Shown here one piece after another: positions 36,401 to 46,800 of a stretch of 64,000 bases of DNA. The notes beneath the pieces were generated by a model. The model ran no database searches. It had not been told where the DNA came from and saw nothing but the letters and a program-made list of their open reading frames with translations. Origin of the DNA: Anthoceros angustus (Eukaryota > Plantae > Anthocerotophyta). The position numbers and the translations under genes were made by a program. The stretch covers positions 1 to 64,000 of the forward strand of contig VJWM01000193.1 in NCBI GenBank assembly GCA_010909165.1. Direction: 5' to 3'. Within the stretch, counting starts at the first letter, position 1; the number at the start of each line of letters is the position of its first letter.

Positions 36401-37560
36401 CAGCAACTAAAGGACGTTGAGGTTTTGGCGGCGGATGACTTCCGCCATTTCATATTTGAAGTCAACAATGGAAAGGACTTGAAAACGAGCAAAGGGCTTT
36501 GGGCGATAAGGACACGGAAGAAGGTCTTAACATTTTTACCGTGCCTTCCGGTGACAACAGTTCAATACTGTGGAGGCAAGAAATATTCTTGACATGCGGG
36601 GTTTCGAGGACGAGGGGTACACGCTCGGTAATGGGCGTTCCACGAGGGTTTGACATTGGCCCTATGGATAAGCGGGTGGACATGGCAATGATGCGACGTG
36701 TTTGAGCTTTGAAAAGACAACAAGTGAAGAATTCCGCATTATAGTGATGCATGGGGTCAAGAAGCCCACACCGTGGAATCCATGCGGACATGGATGGAAA
36801 GGCGGATTGGTATCCTTCATATGGGATAAGACCAACATGCATAATGACAGGCGGGTTTGAGGCTGGAGTACATCACGTGGGATGGTGTCCGAAGACACAA
36901 GCACAAAGGATAGAGCTCCTATCTTCGAATGCTATGCAGGACGTTCAACAATGGGAGGTCGGTTATAGGACACGCCATCGTGGTGAAGAAAGCAGTGTAC
37001 TGTCAATGACAAACTTGTGGTATGCCCTTATCAACGCCCTGGGTCTTCTTATGAAACGATAAGGACCTTCTCAAAGGAAGGGACCGGGTTCTTGATGCAT
37101 GTTCGGCGTGGGACCACCACACTTCTGCGATCTGAGTGGGCCATCGCATTGCGATTGAGGCGGTTGAGATGTGCGGTACATTCCTCGTGAATACATGGTT
37201 ATGAGGTGCTTGGGATGCGAGGAAGAGCTTACATTTCAACCGCATCGAGGACCATCACAATTGGGCAAAGGAGGTATGTATCGAAAAGATAGTCAAGGCA
37301 CAAGTTGTTTCTTTGAGTGCGACGGTTGCGGGGCGACAACGGTGAACTTTTGGAAGATGGGCAGCAAGCGTTGGATGATGTATGGCGCTGCCCGCGGTTA
37401 GCGACCCCAAGTGTGATGTGAGCGAGGCGAGAAGGCCTTGGAAGAAAACGACGAATTTGAAGACGCAGAAGATGAGCGCATTAGAAACCTGTTGTCTTAG
37501 ACTACAGCGGCGAGGCGGTACGAGTCAGATGAGCCCTCCTAATGATCCATGTAGGCGTCT
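33460..37560 (+). pseudogene. Intron-containing gene: ParB/Srx-like domain plus beta-class N4C/N6A DNA methyltransferase-like domain plus Cys-rich tail; frameshifted as assembled, copy 1
   Basis: ParB-like: IRRVDEAWTNYLARVISKG...PLLCMID...YVMGVLGGNHTYAAMKHL...EAHVYCGLTVQEMRILATDHN (35040-35345). MTase motif X/I-like with indel correction: PYQRP...IRTFSKEG-DRVLDACS-(G)VGTTTL...IAIE (37020-37160). GT-AG introns at 34126-34220 and 35984-36403. The end is approximate. Confidence 0.6.
36040..36365 (+). repeat. GC-rich minisatellite (~35-40 bp unit, about 8 copies) inside an intron; second array at ~48500-48806
   Basis: Unit gcgccctccctgaagcctggcgatggaggcgccggcgg, lying between donor aag|gtgaga (35984) and acceptor tttgcag| (36403). 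Confidence 0.9.
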
Positions 37561-38055
37561 GTATGTGGTCAGCGGTATTAACGATAAGTTTTGTGGTCGG
37601 ATAGAAATACGATTGAAGGTTGGCCACTCCCATAGTTTGCGGTAAAAACCTTCTTGAAGTGGCGGAATTTTAATTTTCTTTCCTCCGTTTGGAGCATTGC
37701 TTTCACGAGGTCCAACTATCGCCGCCACCGGCGATAGTTCTACACGCATGGAACCGCGTGAAACCGTTGTTTCAAAATGGGATCTATCGGACAAGGGTGG
37801 ACATACGTCACCAACGTGAAAAATCATAGTTTCCGAAGGTGCGATGTTTGTCAAGAGGGTCCACAGCGAAGAGGGTTTGTATATTCCCCTCTTGAAGATA
37901 TATGGTGTTTTTGTGGAAATGCCACTCTGCCATTTTCAAACGCGCTTTATGTGTGGTATTTGTCTTTAGTACGGATATATAGATTGTACAAGTATTCATA
38001 TAGACGCTTAGTACTATAGGTGCACCCTAAAACATACCGTGATAAATCACGGTGG

Positions 38056-38765
38056 TGCGATGGAGAGGTCACATCATTTAGAGAGCACGACGGTGAAGGC
38101 TACTGTTGCCTCCAACGGGCCTCTACATGAAACGTGCTCCATTCCCAAGGAGCATGGCTCCGTGGTGAGGCCTGCAGGCTGAGGGAATCGTGCTGACATT
38201 ACACTACCAAAAGATTTTGATGAAGCCCTTGATGTATCTATACTTACATAATTAATCTTGCTATGCTAATATAATATGAAGCTTGGTGCTATGTATATTG
38301 TATATATTGTCTACCTATATCCGTTCCAGTCCTAGTCTTAGTCTCTGTTCTCTCCAATCCAAGTACCTAAACATATATTTTTATCTCCGAAATCCCGACT
38401 ATGTTTGTAGGTGGACCGTTTTTGAAAAGAGGTGCGGGTAAAAGAAAGCCGCTTGTGACATGAACGAATATGCGTGATTAGGAAACATTTCTTCCTGATT
38501 TCTCGGCTCGACACAAGCCAGAAGCGAGCAAAATTTGATGTTTAGCCCAACACCCTAAGGTCATACAGGGCTCAGACGCTGCCACTGGCAAGGATCCAAA
38601 GCAGCAACCTTCGCTCGCCATCAGAGATGGCGCCGCCTGCTCAAGGTGTAGTACAAGCGCTGAAGCGCAAGTGGGATCAAGAGTTCGGAGATGAGGAGAA
38701 GCTGGCCGGGCATTTGGTAAGGAGTGTAGCCGTGTTTGCGACCCTGCCGTGCCTGCGTTGTCCCC
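38056..38765 (+). repeat. Duplicate of the F-box gene upstream region and exon 1 (matches ~50533-51243)
   Basis: Near-identical sequence including MAPPAQGVVQALKRKWDQEFGDEEKLAGHL|gtaagg, then a jump to element sequence at cgttgtcccc. Confidence 0.95.
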
Positions 38766-40252
38766 TTTTACAATATGGGTACACGTGGAAGGGTGCTCAA
38801 ATCCTTTACCCATATGATGAAGGCAAATTAAGACCCACCGTCTTGGCCGTTAATGCGGGAAAGGATGCCGATGAACCTAGATTTGGGTCCGTCACGGAAG
38901 AAATACGGTTGGCATGCAAAACCCATAGTCTTCGCAAATTCGTTTTGATGTCAAGGGTTTGGCAAAGGGTAGAGGTCATGCCGGGTCAGCCGTATGCTTG
39001 GCGGCCTTGCCGGTGGAGCAGGCGCGGTCGGCCTCTGTCTATGGAGGTCAAACCGGCTCGTATTCGGTTCTCCAGATACCACAAATTGAAGAACAAACAC
39101 CACCTACGGATCGAAGATGGTTGGGATGGCAACAACGCTCCTATCTATCATCCTCGACAAATTTGTCCAGCTATGGACAACACGCCACTATAATCTTGGG
39201 GCACGATAACCGCCCAAACACATACTTAATTTATTGTGTTGCAAACCACATATACGGATACAGGTATTGTATTGCATTGAGGTGGTAATGGACCAAAAGC
39301 CAAACATGATTCACGTCGCTTACCCTAACAAAGGCTCGACAAGGAGTCAGTGGAATTTAGACCGGGTGAAGCTAGAACCCTATATTTATCTCAAGATGCG
39401 GGAACCATTGCCTCCTCTCCCAATTCCTTCTCCATGGAAGCACGTTTACTCATCTCCGGAGGTCACTCCGTCATCGCCGCCGGACCCTCGCACCATGGTC
39501 ATCACTATCCTCGTGGGTACTTTCGGATCTTGGTGAATAAACCACGCAATTCATTCAACTTATCCTTTATCGCTTTCTTGTCAACAACATATAAATGTTT
39601 TCGAGCATTCAAGAATCCATAATAAAGGATTACCGTTTCGTTCACAAAGACCTGTTGAATATTTTTGGTATACAAGGATTTGCTTCCTTTCTTCCCTACC
39701 TTGAAGCCATGTTCGTACCGCTTCCGGAATTATATATTCCTCAACATATCTTCCCTCATATGCATCCGTATGCTCGGTCATATACCAATGAAGCGAGTGA
39801 GGTTTGGGCGACTCCAACTTCACATCTATGACCTTTCCAATCCAAAATGGTCATTGTGTGTCATTGAACACGGACTGCTATGAACATTCCTTTATTGATC
39901 TCCATATCGCCATTCAAAGCGTGTCATATCTTCTTGTTGCTTGCCCAAATTTCTATATGCCCAAATACATATCGCGTTGTGGAAGTTCGCGCTCAGCAAA
40001 GCCGCGCAGCACGGAACAAGGGCACTCGGCGTCGGCCTCCACTCGAAAACCACTTCCATGGTCGCAGAACCAACCCGATATGGTTGTCCACAATTACAGC
40101 AATTTCTTCTGGTCAACCCAACTCCTCCCACCATGTGTACTCTTCCGCGTAACGTGAGCTCGATAACCCTCGCTTCAAGTAAACGCCTCTTGCGTGAGAC
40201 AAGCGGCGCGCCCTCTAGCCCATAGGCTAACAAAGGAGCCGCAGTTATGACC

Positions 40253-41335
40253 TCCTGTGGCATCTTAGCCTCCATGTTCGCATTGTCCTCCTTTGAGCCC
40301 AGGTTAGATAGCCCCGTGTAGATCCCATCCCAACTCCTTGAAGAAATTGCCGCCACCAACACTGTTTTTGGAGTCCCAGCAACCAATGCCTCCACCCCCC
40401 GTAAGTTCTGTGGCTAGCTCAAGGAACGAACGGTCTTCCCAGGCTTGCGCTAAGAAAGCAAATGATGGAAACGTATTATTAGAGTTCTTTCGGGAACGTG
40501 CCCCTTTGGTGATACAATGAGGGATGCCATAGTCTTTCACTCTTAGGCTTAAGGCTCAGATATCATACACCTGCTGATCAACGCAGTCTAACAAGAATGG
40601 GCATTACAAATACAAGGTCCCAAATGAACTAGGTGGTCTACTTACTTGATTGTTCAGCCGGTACTACTACCTGGTCATTATATTAGTAACATAAATATGG
40701 CACACATGGCTTGTCCTTCAGCGTTCAGAGAGTACCGAATCAGTCCACGAAAGCACCAGGTCTCTGGTAACAGCTGGTAATCCTGCAAAAAGGAACATAA
40801 CATACTCATGAGGGAAAGCAAACAGCTATTCTAACGAGTACTTGATTCAATCACATAGCTAGCTCTCAAGACCATAGTCAGAAAGAACCAAGAATGTACC
40901 CTGTATGAGATCTGCTGCCATACTTCGTGGATTGAGGTCTCCTTCTATCAATCTGTAGATGTCCATCAGCTGCAAGGCATGCATGACATCCAGGACGTTA
41001 CACATGTTTGGGACATGCCCTTCACATAAAAGCAGGAATTTCGTTAACCTGGTTGGGGAGTACATGCAATCTACACACCTCACTAAGATGTAGCCTTGAG
41101 TCCTCTGTTAATGCCATCAAAAGCTGTCGCCGTAACCTGGCATCGGTGGCAACTACACGAGCTCCATCCCTGATGGTATCTGAAAGATCCAGTTTCCCAC
41201 CAACAGCGTTTGCTTTTCTGGCTGATGTCGACCTGCAAAATCAGGCCATTGCCACTCAGGGTGTGAAAGTTGAGGCCAGACACGACACAATCTTGTGCAC
41301 ATGTGATGTTTAGAGCATACCTAGACTTTGGAGCA
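40253..41335 (+). repeat. Copy of ~53019-54104 (F-box 3' end plus ABC1K1 3' exons) inside transposase copy 2
   Basis: Identical ORF pairs 40304/53069, 40338/53103, 40859/53628 and 41008/53777; junction microhomologies cctgtggca and ctttggagca. Confidence 0.95.
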
Positions 41336-43678
41336 ACGATGATTATTCAACTAATACGCCATCCCCGTCTTATTGGCCATACATACTTAAGTCGGGAACT
41401 TGATCGATATCTTCACCTCCGGCCTTGGAGTGTACGCTCCTCGATAATAGTTGCCAATGCGGGCGGTGTGCTTCCTTGTGTTTCAAGCTTTTAGAGAAGC
41501 ATGAAAACATCGATCAATTTGATCATGGGTGTGCCCAACTAGCGGAAGCCCACCTTCACTTTCTCAAATGTTCCCATGTCTACCAACATGTTGAGATACG
41601 CAAGAGTAGTTGGTTCTTGTTCTCCGGCAAGTGTTGTCCAGGTTGTAAGTACAACACTTTAGGCACCCATCATAATTGTGGATAACATCTTGAATGATGT
41701 TTATAGTCAAATTAGGCGTCATTGCGGAGGTTGGCATAATGCAAAGGTTGCTTTGTGAGTGTAATTGTGAATCATGCACCCCACAACCTTTGAAATCGAC
41801 ATTCTTCATCCAAATTCTTGACCACCGCAAGAAATGCACTCTTCTTCTCCATTCTTCCGTCCATCGATGGCCAATATATTTGTGGGGCTCCACGTAGCTC
41901 TTGCTGCGATGCTTTGTCATCTTCGCCGCTGATCTCGATGGGCATCTAAAAAATTTTTCTCGCAAACAATTGGTGTTACACGTTAGACATTCGGGCATTG
42001 CGGACATAGGATCATTGCGGATCATGGAACACCCAAGATCACGGTATGGCACCGCCGTATCCGCAACATGAGCGCGTTCAACCCTTAGGCGAATGCTTTC
42101 GCCCCCCGTATAAAGCGGATACGGCAAAAGGAATCAAAAGTGGACTTTTGGTGAAAGGCGGCCGCGGCGTCATCCTCATACCACTCCGCGGGCTATCCAC
42201 TAACAGTCTGCAAACCGCCTACCACTGTACAATTCGCATCTTGGTGGGAGATGAGAGGGCGCCGGCCTGCCGGCGCCCTCTATCCCTGGAGGCGGCCTCT
42301 GACGGCAAAGCCAGTATGTTCCGCTGTCGGCCATACCTCTTACTATGGAGTGCAATGCCATGAGGAGCATGGAAAACGTTCCTTCTTACTACCCTAACCT
42401 TCCCGACACACCTTTACCTTCCCACCCAAAGCTTCCTAGGTTGGCCAAGACACTTCCTCCGCTTCCCTACACTGGGACGCCTCTTCCATAGAATGCACAA
42501 GCTGCGTAAACCCGAGAGGTGTAAAGAGGTGGGCGCCGGCCACCCCTCATTGGTCGAACGACATGGTAGCCTACTTCAATGAGCACGTCCCTTTCAACAT
42601 GCCACACTCAAATTACGGAGAACACGATGTACTAACCACCTCGGACATGGAGTGTGCAGCACAAAGGACATAGAAGGACACATAATGTACTCGAAAGGAT
42701 TCGAGAATACCTTGGTCGACTTTAGCGATCGTGTTTCTAATTGTCGCTTTTAATCCTGCGCAAAGCGAGCACGTGGAGAACTGTTGGACTTTGGAATCTT
42801 CACCTAAAGTTCTCCTCCAAAGTTTCAAAACCAAGCATAGGTGACAAACCGTTGTGGAACCCTCACATTGCCGTTTATATTTTGCCCAAATTTTGAACTT
42901 TGTAAATGTGTCCGGAAGATTGAACACATCAACATTGGGGAGCCTTTCCGCCATGAGCAGAATGCTGTCCATCCACGCGATTGCACCTAGCATATGTAGG
43001 CTGCTTAGGGTTTGCTCTAAAGCCATCCCACTGCATGTGCAATAACCCTTCTCTTGACTCCTCATACCTACTATGGCCAATGCAATATACCGCGAAGGCT
43101 CGAGGCAGCATCGCATTGACCCCATAGATGAGTCACAACTTTATCATTGTGTCGGGATCGGCGTGAACAAGAGATTCCGAAATGTCTCTGCTCTCGCCCA
43201 TTCGTAGAAACCGGTATCTCGCTCCGCAACCTTTCTATAGTCAATTTGAACACACATTTGGTTGCAGGCTTGCGGAAATCAAGAGACGCCGCTTCCGCAT
43301 TTCCTCATCGGCACACCAGTAGCGTCTTTTGACCAGTTGAAACAAGAGCCTTTGTTGCTATCAAGCTTTCGCTCAATGGCTTGGGATGGTATGATTGCGG
43401 GCATGTCCACCTGCGGTGTTTGAAAGACGTCATCCTCCTCGTCGGGCACCGACACCTTTCCGGAGGATACCTTTCCCACGGTCATCCATAGTAGGAAATA
43501 AGTCGCCTCAATGCTTGAGGCCCTCCTACTCAGGCGAGCAGTGTCCACTACTTTGTGCATTCTCATGCAATGAGCGGGCTCCTATCTAAGGCGGCATACA
43601 AATTGAGGTTTCTGGTGTCAGGCACACCTCAATGTATGGTGAAGATGAACCTGCGGCGCCCATTGTGGCCACCATCGG

Positions 43679-43894
43679 AGCAGGCTGTCTAGATAATTGC
43701 TCCTACCTGGAGAAGGCGCTCTCGTAAAGCAGGGTCTGGATCAGTCAGGAGTCGCCGCAACATATGGATATGCAACCTACAAGAGTCATCCGCTACATCT
43801 GTCAGTTCCCATTAAACAACTGCGGAGAAGGCAAGACAATGCACCATGGGTACCACGGACTTTCACCTCGAGAAACTTGAAGTCAGGCTGCAAA
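43679..43894 (+). repeat. Copy of ~54289-54507 (ABC1K1 intron/exon piece) inside element copy 2
   Basis: agcaggctgtctagataattgctcc...gaagtcaggctgcaaa is shared; ORFs 43697 and 54307 begin identically. Confidence 0.95.
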
Positions 43895-46800
43895 TGCAAG
43901 CCACGGCATTGGTATGTAGGAACGGAATTCAAGCAAGTAGGAACAGGTTTGATTCTCTCCGTTATACCTTGAATGCGTTGCCCTTTTGGGAAGGCAGAGG
44001 TCCACACACACCACATGCCGAGACCGATTTGAGGCACGTTTAGTATCCTCCTCCTTTGTGCAACGTCCTCCTTGCGTTGTCTTGAATTGCAACAGCGCTC
44101 GCAACATTACTGCGGAGGCGATGCACCCGACGGATGGAATAGAGTCCACAAGATCTAAAGAAGCCCAAAACTCGGCAAATTGAGAACAGGACAATCCAAA
44201 CCTCATCTCCATCCAAAGGATGAGTAGCATTCAACATGTTTGTGAAGGGTGGTAAAGCAGCCGACCTCAAGTGTCGGGCGAACACAAACCCTTGCGGCCG
44301 TGCAAGGTTAAGGCAAACTTGGGTCAATCATTCGGGACAAATGGACGTTAATAGCGTATCGCTTAGATATGCGGCGCTTCATGGGACAAGGAATGGCGGC
44401 TTTAACTACATTGCATTTATGCTCGGCATCCCACATGGAATGATTGTGGCGCAATGGGGATTTTGATTACCATGATGGTGATACTTGTGGGTACTCCTAC
44501 TTTGGTTTGGTGGAACTTGCTGCGAATGAAAAATAGTTCTACCGTTCCCATCCATACATACGAGTTTTCCGAGCCGAGTTAGGTTTTGCTGGTACCTTCA
44601 TGTGGATACGCTGGACATGATGTTTGAGCATCCTTTCAACCCTAATGTCGATGGGGTTATTATTGCCCTAGGAAGAAAGCAGGATTATCTCTTTTACTGG
44701 AGCAAATCGGTGTTTGTAAGTCGAGGTGTGCATCGAGACACCGTCTCGAAGGGAACACTTGAAGAGTGCGCCCATTGTGGCCACCACGAGCAGCAAGCCA
44801 CGGCATTGAGTAGGACGGAATTCAAGCAAGTAGGAACAGGTTTGATTCTCTCCGTTATACCTTGAATGCGTTGCCCTTTTGGGAAGGCAGAGGTCCACAC
44901 ACCACATGCCGAGACTGTATTTGAGGCACGTTTAGTATCCTCCTCCTTTGTGGAACGTCCTCCTTGCGCCGTTGTCTTCGGAATTGCGAACAGTCTGCTT
45001 CGTCGCAAGACAGTGCCTGCGGAGGCGATGCACCCGACGGATGGAATAGAGTCCGTCAGCATCTAAAGAAGCCCAAAACTCGGCAAAATGAGAACAGGAC
45101 AATCCATACCTCATCTCCATCCAAAGGATGAGTAGCATTCAACATGTTTGTGAAGGGTGGCTGCAAAACGAGCAGACGACCTCAAGTGTCGGGCAGCGAA
45201 CACGAAAACCCTTGCGGCCGTGCAAGGTTAAGGCAAACTTGGGTCAATCATTCGGGACAAATGGACGTTAATAGCGTATCGCTTAGATATGCGGTAGCTA
45301 TGGGACAAGGAATGGCGGCTTTAACTACATTGCATTTATGCTCGGCATCCCACATGGAATGATTGTGGCGCAATGGGGATTTTGATTACCATGATGGTGA
45401 TACTTGTGGGTACTCCTACTTTGGTTTGGTGGAACTTGCTGCGAATGAAAAATAGTTCTACCGTTCCCATCCATACATACGAGTTTTTGAGCCGAGGTTA
45501 GGTTTTGCTGGTACCTTCATGTGGATACGCTGGACATGATGTTTGAGCATCCTTTCAACCCTAATGTCGATGGGGTTATTATTGCCCTAGGAAGAAAGCG
45601 ATTATCTCTTTTTACACTGGAGCAAAACAGGTGTTTGTAAGTCGAGGTGTACATCAGAGACACCGTCGCAAAAGGGAACACTTCAGCTGAAGAGTGCGCC
45701 CCATTCGCGTCTGTGACGGCCGCTTGTGAAGCTCGGAGCGTTTTTCGCCGCCGCATCTGCAGCCAGGACTATCTGTCGCCGCCGCCTGTGAAGCCCGGAG
45801 CAATTGCGCACGCCATCGCGCTCGCCACGCCCTCCCTTGCCAACATCCTCTAATCCAAGGTCAGATTACGGGTTTTGCTCTTCCATCTTCCACCTCTCTG
45901 AGCAAGAATTGCGGTCGTCATCTGTGGTTTGGGTGGCCTTCCAGCAGATGGCAATGGGTCGCAGGAGCAAGAAGGACCAGGGCGATAGAATCCCTGATCA
46001 CCCTGACCCCTTACAGAAGGTGAGGAGATCAAAAGCGCCAGGGAAGGGGAAGGCATCTGCCGAAGGGGCGCCCATGGATGCACCTCAAGGCGCGGAGGGT
46101 CGGGACCGATGGCGATGGAACAAGTGGGCCCCGCTTGATTGGGTCGCAATTGGTAGGAGCTGAATCGCGAATCGGAGCCTTACTTGGAAGGCTAGCACAA
46201 CCAAAGGTCTTCCTCGGTGACAAGGAGACAAAGCCTGGCGTTCTATTCCATCCCCTTACTTTGAGGAGACTGTACATACGAAGGCTTGGAGCCCGGATGG
46301 ATTCCACACCTCTTTTGGATAAGGACCGGATGTTGGTTCAAGAATCGAGCCAGGATGAAGGTATTTTCGGACACCACTCTTCAAGTTGTGGATCATGGGA
46401 TACAAGGATGCCTTGCCTAATCGAGGCTGGTTGGGTTGTGTGGGCGAACCGGATATGTGTCAAGGAGACCCAGCGCAAGCCTCAGATAACAAAGCCAGAG
46501 TTTGATGAAGTGCCACAAGGGCCCGAGCTATACAGCATTTGATCTCGTGTTCAACAACCGATCATCAAGAAAATGCGAGCCCTGAGGTCGATCTTTCGCG
46601 AATGTAGACGAGAACAAAGCGGTAATTGTTCAAGGCATTTTGGGGTAGTGAGACCTCATGTATGTTTTCGGTTTCTTGGTCTCTAACCACAAATGTTGTG
46701 TCAACTAGGGCCTCAAATTGGAAATGCATACATCAGGCCCTATGTGCGTAAATCACACAATCGGTTGTTCAAAGAGAGAGTCATGTCCCTAAGGCGCACT

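Larger units (their letters stand above)
27300..38050. mobile_element. Large (~11 kb) DNA-transposon-like element, copy 1: DDD transposase plus divergent ParB-methyltransferase-like gene; termini not identified
   Basis: See the component features. The block is repeated at ~38760-50530. Boundaries are approximate. Confidence 0.7.

Noticed and set aside
35937-36492. Ala/Arg/Pro-rich ORFs in several frames (also 48426-48912)
   Set aside because: Translations of the intronic GC-rich minisatellite.
33460-37560. Bacterial contamination as the source of the ParB/MTase motifs
   Set aside because: The gene has GT-AG introns with polypyrimidine tracts, is linked to a eukaryotic-type transposase and lies among plant genes.
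38627-39193. 188-aa ORF that looks like a new fusion gene
   Set aside because: It reads through F-box exon 1, its intron and the cgttgtcccc junction into element sequence, so it is a product of the duplication or misjoin.
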